A stretch of 64,000 bases of DNA from Planctomycetota bacterium (GTDB lineage: Bacteria; Planctomycetota; UBA1135; UBA2386): contig CANMWZ010000003.1 of the NCBI GenBank assembly GCA_947501605.1, positions 64,001-128,000 of the forward strand, given 5' to 3'. A model generated the notes under the pieces. That model ran no database searches, was not told where the DNA came from, and saw only the letters and a program-made list of their open reading frames with translations. Shown piece by piece: positions 1 to 8,625 of the stretch (position 1 is its first letter; each line of letters opens with the position of its first letter). The position numbers and the translations under genes are program-made.

Positions 1-560
1 TGCTGCCGCACGAGGAGCTCTACAACGTGCGGCTCGACCCGACCGAAACGACCGACTTGCTCCTGGCCGGCCCCGCGGACCCCAATGCTGCGGCCGCCTA
101 CCAGCAACTGCGCACCGAGATGTGGAGACTGCGCAGCCAGGGAGTCATCCTTGCGTACAGCGCCGACTGCCCGAGTTCTGTCGGCGTGGTGCGACTCAAG
201 AGCTACGCGCCGCCTACCCTCGGGTCGGCCCACCACATGCGCGTGCTGTCGCCTGGCGTCGGTAGCAACGCAACGATCTTCCCGGCGATGGTGATGCTCG
301 GGGTAAGCGGCAGCTCGTGGCTTGGCGCCGCGCTGCCAGCCCGGCTCGATTCCCTCGGCATGCCCGGATGCATGTTGAATGCGAGCCCAGACTTTCCCAT
401 CTACATCGGCACCACCGACACGCTGTTCTGGATCTGGGTTCCCAATGACCTCGCCTTCCTCGGGCAGTCGTTCTACTCACAGGCGGCGGTGGCGGATCCG
501 GCAGCAAACCCAGCGGGACTCGCAACGTCTGCGGGCTATCAGTTCACGCTGGGTCAGTGA
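1..560 (+). CDS. 5'-truncated sulfatase-like protein (C-terminal part) with appended ~140-aa C-terminal domain
   Basis: Frame open from the window edge: LPHEELYNVRLDPTETTDLL matches the ELYxLxxDPxExxNL tail of sulfatase/alkaline-phosphatase-superfamily enzymes. It is followed by a domain homologous to the C-terminus of the protease at 43992-45497. Confidence 0.65.
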   Translation, partial: LPHEELYNVRLDPTETTDLLLAGPADPNAAAAYQQLRTEMWRLRSQGVILAYSADCPSSVGVVRLKSYAPPTLGSAHHMRVLSPGVGSNATIFPAMVMLGVSGSSWLGAALPARLDSLGMPGCMLNASPDFPIYIGTTDTLFWIWVPNDLAFLGQSFYSQAAVADPAANPAGLATSAGYQFTLGQ

Positions 561-931
561 CTTTGGCAGTGGGCTGCTCGTCGGCCTGCGAGCGACGCCG
601 AACACCGATGGTCGAGGGCACGGAGCGAACTCGTAGCGGAATCTGTGCTTCCACGGAGAGTTCGCGAGAAACCTAGCAGGCGCCACAGCGATCGGGCTTT
701 GGGGCCATCCGCAGCCGCTGGCACTTGGTGAAACCACTTCGAGTGCTGGGACAGCGAGAGTCGGCTGTAACGAGATCCTGCGGACGAGAGCCGCGCCGAG
801 TAGCGCCTGACGGCTGCTGGTCTGGCTCGGAGGCAAAGCCCGTATCTGCCGGCAGACGCCGCTGCCAACCTCTCCTGCGAAGGTGGCCGAAACCGCTTCG
901 TGCAAGTCCTTCTGCAGGCCAGCAGAGGTGC

Positions 932-2485
932 CTACGAGGTCGGAGTCGACGAGTCCCCGAGCACCTTGCCTAACAGGGCACGATCGCCCTGAACGGCGGT
1001 TCGCTGCATGTACAGTTGCAGGCCGCGCAGGGCGCCGAGTTCTTCCCCGCCGCCGGCTCTACCAGGGCCACCGTGGATCGTTCCTGGGAGCACTGCACCG
1101 GGACCAAGAGCCTGGCCCTGCGTCTTCTCGCTGCCAATCCACAACCGGCCGTGCCACGGCGCCATGGTCTGCACCGCCTCGTCGAGGAAGTCGCGATCGT
1201 CACTGTAGAGACTGGCGACCAGGCCGCCGCCGCCGCGATTGGCCAACATCGCAGCCGATGCAGCCGTGCCGTCGTAGGGCAGCAGAGTGGCGCATGGACC
1301 GAACACCTCGAGGGCGTGCAAGACTTCAGCGCCCGCATCCCTCGCCCGAAGCAAGGTCGGCGCCACGAAGTAGCCACGCTCCGTCATCGGTGACGGGCCG
1401 CCACACAGCACCTCAGTGACAGCCAGGAGGTGTTGCATGCCCGTGCGGACGGTTCCCAGGGCCTCGGCGCTCGCGACTGGCCCCATGCGGTTTTCTTCGT
1501 CGGCGGGGTTGCCGACCTTGACCGCTCGGATGCGTTCTACCAAGGCCTCGGCCACATCGCCGAGCAGGTCCATCGGTACCAGGATGCGGCGCACGGCCGT
1601 GCACTTCTGGCCGGCCTTCTGCGTGATGTCGGTGGCAACGTTGGCGACGAATTGCGCGAACGTGTCGCCACCGAGATCGACGTCGACGCCGAGCACTGCA
1701 GCATTGATCGAATCCGCTTCGATGTTGCATCGCACGTTGCGAGCGACGAGGTTGCGGTTGCCGCGAATCAAAGCGCCTGTCACCGAGGAACCGGTGAACG
1801 CAACCGCGTCCATGGCCGTCAGCAAATCGAGCATCGGTGCAATCGAGCCGACAACAAGCTGGAAGCTCCCCTCAGGCAGGACCGCGCTCTCGACCACGAT
1901 CTGGGCGATCCGATGCGCCAGCATCGCGCTTGGCGTGCCTGGCTTCTCAATCACTGGCACTCCTGCAAGGAGTGCGCACGCCATCTTTTCACCCATCCCC
2001 CAAGCTGGGAAGTTGAAGGCATTGATGTGGAGCGCCACACCCGGTCGTGCCGAGAGGACGTGCTGGCCCCAGAACCGAGGAGTCCGTCCAAGTTGCAGTC
2101 CGTCGCCGTCGAGGAAGGCGCCACTGGTCGGAAGTGAGCCGGCGAGGTTGCCGTAGAAAGCCAACGTACCCGTCATGCCGTCGAGGTCGAACTTGGCGTC
2201 ACCGCGCGTATTGCCACCGTTCTGCGTGCTGATCGCAATGAGCTCGTCGCGGCGCTCATGCAGGATCTTCGACAGCGATTTCAACATCTCGCCACGCTCG
2301 AGGTAACTCGTGGCTCCCAGCGCGGCCAACCCCTTGCCGCGCGCATGCTGCAGCGCCGCGGCGAGATCCACGCCACCAGTGTGCACTTGTCCCAGGACCG
2401 CCTCAGTCGAAGGATCATGCAAGGTCTTGGCCTCGCCGCTACCGATCTGCCACCGGCCGGACACGTAACTCGAGAGCACGTTCAT
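932..2485 (-). CDS. PaaZ-N/3,4-dehydroadipyl-CoA semialdehyde dehydrogenase-like aldehyde dehydrogenase (no MaoC domain)
   Basis: INAFNFP, FTGS, catalytic Glu in NIEADS, catalytic Cys in GQKCTA, EVFGP and the C-terminal HGGPGRAGGGEELG typical of the PaaZ/Box ALDH subgroup. Start placed at MNVLSSYVSGRW. Confidence 0.85.
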   Translation of the reverse strand: MNVLSSYVSGRWQIGSGEAKTLHDPSTEAVLGQVHTGGVDLAAALQHARGKGLAALGATSYLERGEMLKSLSKILHERRDELIAISTQNGGNTRGDAKFDLDGMTGTLAFYGNLAGSLPTSGAFLDGDGLQLGRTPRFWGQHVLSARPGVALHINAFNFPAWGMGEKMACALLAGVPVIEKPGTPSAMLAHRIAQIVVESAVLPEGSFQLVVGSIAPMLDLLTAMDAVAFTGSSVTGALIRGNRNLVARNVRCNIEADSINAAVLGVDVDLGGDTFAQFVANVATDITQKAGQKCTAVRRILVPMDLLGDVAEALVERIRAVKVGNPADEENRMGPVASAEALGTVRTGMQHLLAVTEVLCGGPSPMTERGYFVAPTLLRARDAGAEVLHALEVFGPCATLLPYDGTAASAAMLANRGGGGLVASLYSDDRDFLDEAVQTMAPWHGRLWIGSEKTQGQALGPGAVLPGTIHGGPGRAGGGEELGALRGLQLYMQRTAVQGDRALLGKVLGDSSTPTS

Positions 2486-2579
2486 CCTTGAGAGACTACC
2501 GATCGGAAGGACCGATGCCACGTGAAGGTGCGGGCGCCAAGCGCTGGTTAGCGGAAGCGCGGGAAGCTACCGTGCCGAC

Positions 2580-3014
2580 ATGATCAAGCGCCTGCTCGCG
2601 GTTCCTCTGTTCCTACTGTTGGGCGCCTGTGGCATTGCCCGCATGGAGACGAATGAACCCCTCGACGCGACCCTTGTTCGGACACTGCAACCAGGAGTGA
2701 CGACCGCGCGCGAGGTCGTCGAGAAACTCGGCGCCCCCACGGAGGTCGTTCAACTCGGACGCCGTTCCGCCTACCGCTACGACGCTTCCAGCGCCAAGTC
2801 AGCGGGACTGATCCTGCTGGTGTTCAACATGTTCGCGCAGGACATGCGCACGGACCGCCTCTGGGTGTTCTTCGATGAGAAGGACCTGTTGACTCACTTC
2901 GGCGCGACCTACGGCGTACACCGGACGCAATACGCTCTCCCGTGGGAAGACGTTCAGGAACCCGAGGACAACGCCGAACGGGATGCCCAGCGTCCTGGAG
3001 TAATCGGCAAGTGA
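2580..3014 (+). CDS. SmpA/BamE-like lipoprotein
   Basis: Lipobox LLGAC; LQPGVTTAREVVEKLGAP and a late LWVFFD strand resemble the SmpA/OmlA fold. Confidence 0.6.
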   Translation: MIKRLLAVPLFLLLGACGIARMETNEPLDATLVRTLQPGVTTAREVVEKLGAPTEVVQLGRRSAYRYDASSAKSAGLILLVFNMFAQDMRTDRLWVFFDEKDLLTHFGATYGVHRTQYALPWEDVQEPEDNAERDAQRPGVIGK

Positions 3015-3445
3015 GGCCATGGCTCATTGCCGCCGCTGCGGGTCTCTGCTGCCCGAGTTGTGTGCAGCTCACCTACATGGTGCGGTCGGTGGACAGCCCG
3101 GTATCGATCCCCGCCCTGGAGTCCCTCCGTCCCGGCGTGGACGATCTGACCGTGTGCCTTCAGCGACTCGGAGCCCCGCACCATGTGTTCGAGTACCGAG
3201 TCGACGGCATGGCGCTCCTCTGGCACTACGTCGATGGCTCAGGTTGGGGCGCGAGCGTCAGCTACAACCCGGTTCGACAAGCGCCCGGCACGAGCTTCAA
3301 CATGGAACTCGACGATTCCGACATGCCAGGTGCCGTGCTGTGGTTTGACGCCGATCTCAAGCTGCTGGAGTGGCGCCAAGGCATGATGCGCGATCTGACT
3401 GTCGGCCTGCGGCGACGGCCGGCCGACCGCGATCAGCTGCAATGA
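3011..3445 (+). CDS. second SmpA/BamE-like lipoprotein (paralogue of upstream gene)
   Basis: GTGA overlap with the upstream stop; short signal peptide ending in Cys; LRPGVDDLTVCLQRLGAP and VLWFD align with the upstream gene. Confidence 0.55.
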   Translation: MRPWLIAAAAGLCCPSCVQLTYMVRSVDSPVSIPALESLRPGVDDLTVCLQRLGAPHHVFEYRVDGMALLWHYVDGSGWGASVSYNPVRQAPGTSFNMELDDSDMPGAVLWFDADLKLLEWRQGMMRDLTVGLRRRPADRDQLQ

Positions 3446-3476
3446 GTAGGTGTAGCGACGGAGATTGCGCCCGAAC

Positions 3477-4376
3477 TCAGAACTGGACGAACTGCAGCAA
3501 GTCCTGGTAACGACGCTCGACAGTTGCGCGATCGGTCGCGGCCAGTCGCTCGACGCCCAGCGCCTCCACTGTGAGGCTTGCCGTCACTGTGCCGTAGGCA
3601 ACAGCTCGCTTCATGTTCCACAGGCTGATCGAGTCGCAGCTCGCGAGGTAGCCCATGAAGCCGCCGGCAAAGCTGTCCCCAGCACCGGTCGGATCGATGA
3701 CTTTCTCGGTTGGGTAGGCCGGCAGCGCGTAGTGGAAGTAGGGACTGAACACGAAACACCCGTGCTCGCCCTTCTTCACGATCACCAAGGACGGCCCCAT
3801 CGCGAGCACGGCCTTGCCAGCCTTGATCAGGTTGCTCTCACCTGTCAGCTGCTTCACTTCCTGGTCATTCACGATCAAGCCGTTGATGCGCTTCAACAGG
3901 GCGCCGAGGCCGTCGCGATCGCGTTCGATCCAGAGATCCATGGTGTCTGCGACGACGAATTCGGCGCGGTCGACCTGCCCGAGCACGGACATCTGCGTCT
4001 GCGGGGAACCATTGGCGAGGAACACAAACCTCGAGTCTCGGAACGAAGTCGGCACCTTGGGCTGAAAGTCACCGAACGTGTTGAGCTGCACGTCCAGAGT
4101 CGTCCGCGAGTTCATGTCGGCTGAGTAGCGACCGTGCCACGCGAAAGTCTTCCCCGCCTTCTGCTCCAGGCCTTCGAGGTCGATCCCGCGAGACTCCAAG
4201 AGGCGCCGGTGCTCGGCCGGAAAATCCTGTCCGACGACGCTGACGAGACGCACGGACGTGAACATCCGCGCTGCCAGGGCGAAGTAGGTCGAGGAGCCGC
4301 CGAGACAACGGGTCGCGGTGCCGTGCGGGGTCTCGATGGTGTCGAACGCAGTAGAGCCGACGACGAGCAAGTTCAT
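3477..4376 (-). CDS. PfkB-family carbohydrate/nucleoside kinase
   Basis: GGSSTY, VGQDF, VKKGEHG and DPTGAGDSFAGG PfkB signatures. Confidence 0.9.
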   Translation of the reverse strand: MNLLVVGSTAFDTIETPHGTATRCLGGSSTYFALAARMFTSVRLVSVVGQDFPAEHRRLLESRGIDLEGLEQKAGKTFAWHGRYSADMNSRTTLDVQLNTFGDFQPKVPTSFRDSRFVFLANGSPQTQMSVLGQVDRAEFVVADTMDLWIERDRDGLGALLKRINGLIVNDQEVKQLTGESNLIKAGKAVLAMGPSLVIVKKGEHGCFVFSPYFHYALPAYPTEKVIDPTGAGDSFAGGFMGYLASCDSISLWNMKRAVAYGTVTASLTVEALGVERLAATDRATVERRYQDLLQFVQF

Positions 4377-4466
4377 GCGGGCGGAGAGCATCCCCGCCCG
4401 CCAGGAGGATGACAAGACCTACTACGTGCCCACTCCCCCACCGCGAAGCACTCGTGTCGAGCCCCC

Positions 4467-5681
4467 TCAAGATTGCGGCGGACCACTATCCGCAGCGTTC
4501 AAGGCCGCTTCCTCCGCAATGTCCTCTTTCGTGATCCGGTTGCGCTCGAACAAGACGAGCACGCCGCCCAAGAGCGACCAGATCGTGGTGTGCAGGCGAT
4601 AGAGAACGGACAGTGCGAACGCGCGTGTTCCCATGATGCGCGCTGCATCTGCGGCCGACGCGATCCCCGTGACGTAACCGGCGCCGTAGGTCGCGAACAA
4701 CTTTTGGTACAGCCACTCCCCAAGGCCCCAGCCGTTCGGCATCAACGGCACGACGCTAACGATGTTGATTACCGGAATGAGGACGAAGTACTCGGTCCAT
4801 GGCATCCCGATACCGAGCGCGTCACCGACGAGCACGACGCTCATGACCGAGACCACGTGGTTCCCGACACCCGCAAGAATGCTGAAGAAGATGACTCGCT
4901 TGTGACCCCGATAGAAGAAGACCGCTTGGTCGAACATCTTGAGCAGGTTGCCGACCCTGGCGGGCAACCGGTCAAGTAGCCACTTGAGGCGCACCAGCCC
5001 ACGAAGGCGGCGACTGAACGCGATCGCCGCCAACACTGACAGTCCACCGATGACGCTCCAGATCGCGATCGCGATGTCCGCGAATCGCTCGATCGCGAAA
5101 AGCACGACGAGGGCACCGAGAATTGCAAGTGACGTCAGGCCTAGCACGCGATCCACGATCACCGAAACCAGCGCCGGCACTCGTTGCCCTGGGCAGCGCT
5201 TCATGATGTAGAGCGCCTTGATGACATCGCCCCCGGTAGAGCCGAGAAAGATGTTGTTGAAGAACACTCCGATCCAGGTGAAGCGAAGGGCCTGTCCGAG
5301 TGAGACCTCGAGTCCGTTGACGCGGAGCAGCCACCACCAGCGCGCCCCGGCGAGCATTACCGTCGCGAAGTAGCACAGAGCCGCGATTGCGAACAGCAAC
5401 ACGTTGATGTTGCGGCAGTAGGTCCAGAAGCCGGGTGCAAGGTCTACTTCGCTGCCGTCGGGCTGCCGACCGGCAAGGAACTTCTGCTCGGTCCCATCAG
5501 CACGCACGACGACAACGGTCTCGTCCGTCCACTGACCTTCGATGCGAACGACTTCCGTCGACTCGACTCCGGCAACGCGGCGGACAAGGTGGTCATCCCA
5601 CTGCACGCGAGAGACCACGACCACCATCAGGCCGACCACCAATGCCAGCTTGAGCAACTTGATCAGCATCGCCTTCGTCAT
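4467..5681 (-). CDS. lysylphosphatidylglycerol synthase TM-region / UPF0104 flippase-like membrane protein
   Basis: Multiple TM helices with RWWWLL, FNNIFLGSTGGDV, DRVLG, PNGWGLGE and LYR motifs; ATGA overlap with the upstream gene and a GGAG SD. Confidence 0.8.
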   Translation of the reverse strand: MTKAMLIKLLKLALVVGLMVVVVSRVQWDDHLVRRVAGVESTEVVRIEGQWTDETVVVVRADGTEQKFLAGRQPDGSEVDLAPGFWTYCRNINVLLFAIAALCYFATVMLAGARWWWLLRVNGLEVSLGQALRFTWIGVFFNNIFLGSTGGDVIKALYIMKRCPGQRVPALVSVIVDRVLGLTSLAILGALVVLFAIERFADIAIAIWSVIGGLSVLAAIAFSRRLRGLVRLKWLLDRLPARVGNLLKMFDQAVFFYRGHKRVIFFSILAGVGNHVVSVMSVVLVGDALGIGMPWTEYFVLIPVINIVSVVPLMPNGWGLGEWLYQKLFATYGAGYVTGIASAADAARIMGTRAFALSVLYRLHTTIWSLLGGVLVLFERNRITKEDIAEEAALNAADSGPPQS

Positions 5682-6247
5682 CGTTGCCACTCCCCCTTCG
5701 CGCGCACTTTGCTGCGGGCGATCGCGATCGTCGACTGCTCTGCGGCAACTTGACTCAACAGACGTGATGCGAATCGCACAGGATCGACGCCGAGTTGCTG
5801 CAGGGTCGCGATGCGGACCGGTGCCCCGCCCGGCGAGATGTTCAGAGCGAAGTGAATCAAGGTGCTGACTGGTGAAGCCGTGGCGATGGAAATCGACAAC
5901 TTGCCGTCGTCGACGAACAGGTCGTCGCCGGCGCGGCGAACCTCAGCGGCAACTGCGAGTTCGTTCAAGAGCTCGCCGGCAGTCGCACTCAGGAGTCGCT
6001 GCCTGTGGACTGCGAGCAGCAGATCGGTGGAGGCAAAGCACTCCCACATGAAGTGCAGCATGTCGTCTGCGGCAATGCCTGGGCCATCGAGGTCGGCAAG
6101 ATCGGCGATCTCCGCGCGCTCGACGCGGCACGGCCCGCGAAACGCCACCAGGGCGTCGCCGGCGAGTCCGGTCTCCGCGAGGATCCAGTGCGCGCTCAAC
6201 TGCGAGCCGTCGTAGGCAATCCGGCGGTCGATCCAGTGAGTAATCAA
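5678..6247 (-). CDS. DUF366-family protein (biotin/lipoate ligase-like fold)
   Basis: YDGSQL..HW, FRGPC.V, DMLHF..E, QRLL, R.GDDL and KLSISIAT motifs; TTG start overlaps the upstream stop. Confidence 0.75.
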   Translation of the reverse strand: MITHWIDRRIAYDGSQLSAHWILAETGLAGDALVAFRGPCRVERAEIADLADLDGPGIAADDMLHFMWECFASTDLLLAVHRQRLLSATAGELLNELAVAAEVRRAGDDLFVDDGKLSISIATASPVSTLIHFALNISPGGAPVRIATLQQLGVDPVRFASRLLSQVAAEQSTIAIARSKVRAKGEWQR

Positions 6248-7518
6248 GGCTTGCCCTTTTGCTTCTGGAACTCGGACCACCACACTCGAATCCAGTCCTC
6301 ACCGCCAAAGTCGAGGTCCTCGGCCGGTCGAGCATGCTCTCGCCGCAGACAGTGAGCGAGCGCTTCGCGCGCCGGCATCGCCACAGGGGAGTAGTAGGGA
6401 TCGCCGTCCAGAGCCATCCGGACCAGGAATTCAGCCGGTGCGATACGCTGCCAAGCTTCTCGACCTGGGAACGTACAGATCTGCACAGCTCGATCTGGAT
6501 CCAGCTGCCCGCAAAGATGCACCAAGCGGAGACGCAGGGCATCGTTGTCCTCGAATGTCGGCTCGCCGGCTGCGATCTGTTCTGGGGAAGCTGCCAGCAT
6601 CGCAAGGAGCACTGGCACAGAATCCGAACCGCCGGAACGATGAAGTTCTTCGATGGCGCGTATGCGCACTTCGATCAACTCAACGTTGCGGCCAGCCGCA
6701 GCGTCGATCACAGCCCACTGCAGCGCATGGTGCAAGGCCGAGCGCAGAGCCGCCTGTGCTGCGACTCGCATGTCGGGTTGCTGCTCATCGCGCACGGCAT
6801 TCGATAGATCCGCGACAAGAGCAAGGCGCTGGCTCCAGTGCGGCAGTGGCCTCGCGGACAGGACTCCCAAAGCGGCACCGTAGAGCGCGCGCTCGTCCTC
6901 GCTGAGCGGACCGCCCGGAGGAGTGCGTTGCGCTGGGCGCATCGACGTGAAGCGTTCGAGTGCCTGGGCCCCGTCCGCGGGCGGTTCGAGTTGGAGACCA
7001 CGTTCCACGAGCCCCGTGAGGAGGTCGACGCCGACGACTTTGGCAATAGCGGCAATGCTGTCGAGAGCGACGATGCGATTGAGCGGCGCGGGATCCAGTT
7101 CGGCAACGCGCACCAGCCGTTGGGCCGTGTCGGCACACCGCAGCAAGTTGCTTCCTGCCTTCTGGCCAACAACACCGATCAATTCGCGGACGTAGGATGA
7201 GGGATTCTCCAGCTCACGATCGACCCGTTCACCGAACGTCCAGAAGAGGATCGGCCTCAGCGGCAGCAGTAGGGTCCAACGGGCGATGCCCGCAGTGGAC
7301 TCAACCCCGGTTCTGTAGATCAACCGCTGGTCTGGTCCGGTGCCCTCCACGACTACTGCGGAATCAAGGTCGCGAACCACCATTCCGTAGGTCAGGTTCG
7401 ACACGGAACACGCGGCGATGCACAACACAATCGCCAGCACAGACGCGAACGTCAGCGACGAACGAAATCCTGAATGCAGCCGTGTTGATGGCTGCGCCTG
7501 CGCAGAGCCCGTGATCAT
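6244..7518 (-). CDS. hypothetical helical (HEAT-like) protein, probable lipoprotein
   Basis: ATGA-coupled to the upstream gene; hydrophobic N-terminus ending IAAC; Leu/Ala-rich helical body. Confidence 0.6.
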   Translation of the reverse strand: MITGSAQAQPSTRLHSGFRSSLTFASVLAIVLCIAACSVSNLTYGMVVRDLDSAVVVEGTGPDQRLIYRTGVESTAGIARWTLLLPLRPILFWTFGERVDRELENPSSYVRELIGVVGQKAGSNLLRCADTAQRLVRVAELDPAPLNRIVALDSIAAIAKVVGVDLLTGLVERGLQLEPPADGAQALERFTSMRPAQRTPPGGPLSEDERALYGAALGVLSARPLPHWSQRLALVADLSNAVRDEQQPDMRVAAQAALRSALHHALQWAVIDAAAGRNVELIEVRIRAIEELHRSGGSDSVPVLLAMLAASPEQIAAGEPTFEDNDALRLRLVHLCGQLDPDRAVQICTFPGREAWQRIAPAEFLVRMALDGDPYYSPVAMPAREALAHCLRREHARPAEDLDFGGEDWIRVWWSEFQKQKGKP

Positions 7519-8552
7519 CGCGCCCAATGCTCCTGCCACGAAGCCAGCATGTCCGCACGCACTGCGGCATCGAGTGCCGCAGCGACAGAACAGGGCTCCC
7601 CGTGCCCCGAGAGTTCGCGCAGCACCTCGTGCATTGCGACGAAGGCGAGTGCGTCCGGCTCGACTCCCATCGTCGGCAACAACAACACTGCCGCCTCGGC
7701 AGGTAGCAATGCCGCGGTGCGCCGAGCACCTGCGGCACGCACGGTGGGATCCGGATCCGACAGAGACATCGCACAGAACTCGGGAAGCACAGATCGATCC
7801 ACCTTCGCTCGCGCAACTCCAGTGCGGCGCAGCGTGGGATCCGGATCGGACACGGCAATCGAACACGCCCTCGCAGCGATGGACGCGTCCAGTCGGAGCA
7901 ACAACTCGAGCACGTGCAGTCGATGCGCTGGTTCCTGGGCCCCGCGCAAATCAGCCAGCAGATCCCGAGTACGCACCGACCGTGCCCTGGAGCGAGTCGA
8001 AACCGCGTTCTCAACCCACGAGACGTCCTCGCTGCGCTCGCGCACGAAGGTCGCGCCGGCCGGTGTATCTCGGAGTGACTGCAACGCCGCTTCCGCGGCA
8101 ACCGCATCGCCTTCGAGCCACGTGAGCTCGGCCAATTCGAACCAGAGCCCCGGCCCGAAAGCGGTCGCGTGCGCGTCGCGTAACGCCTCCAGTTCGACGA
8201 TGGCTTCCCGACGGCGACCGAGATCACGAAGCACCCCGGCGCGAGCCGCTAGCAAACCGGGGTCGTTTGACGCCCGCCGAGCGGCGACCGACAGGACCAG
8301 CAAAGCCTCGGGCAAGCGTTCTTCGGCATCGAGCAGTGCCACCAGGGCAAGTGCCACCGTAGTTGGTGTGATCGAGGTCGCCAGCTCATTACGCAACTCG
8401 GCTTCCGTGCGCGCCACGGCAGCTGGCATCTCCACACGTGTCGGCGGCATCAGACTCTCGCTACCGCCGCCGAAGGAGGACGACGGCGCGACGTCTGGCG
8501 TCGCGCAGCCTGCGAGCACGAGTCCGAGGATCGCAGTCGCCGTTCGTGGCAT
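7515..8552 (-). CDS. lipoprotein with TPR-like and HEAT-like repeats
   Basis: Lipobox VLAGC; TPR-like RAGVLRDLGRRREAIVELE; two SDPDPT(L/V)R HEAT/PBS-lyase-like repeats. Confidence 0.7.
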   Translation of the reverse strand: MPRTATAILGLVLAGCATPDVAPSSSFGGGSESLMPPTRVEMPAAVARTEAELRNELATSITPTTVALALVALLDAEERLPEALLVLSVAARRASNDPGLLAARAGVLRDLGRRREAIVELEALRDAHATAFGPGLWFELAELTWLEGDAVAAEAALQSLRDTPAGATFVRERSEDVSWVENAVSTRSRARSVRTRDLLADLRGAQEPAHRLHVLELLLRLDASIAARACSIAVSDPDPTLRRTGVARAKVDRSVLPEFCAMSLSDPDPTVRAAGARRTAALLPAEAAVLLLPTMGVEPDALAFVAMHEVLRELSGHGEPCSVAAALDAAVRADMLASWQEHWAR

Positions 8553-8625
8553 CCCCGGCAAGTTGTAGCCACGAGCCTCCACAGTGCACCCTTGTTTTCA
8601 GGCCGCGATTGGGAAAGGTGCTCGA

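Noticed and set aside
477..973. Short ORFs (142, 104 and 82 aa) across the 561-931 gap
   Set aside because: They have no SD or leaderless signal and no motifs, show atypical composition and overlap neighbours. A small gene cannot be fully excluded.
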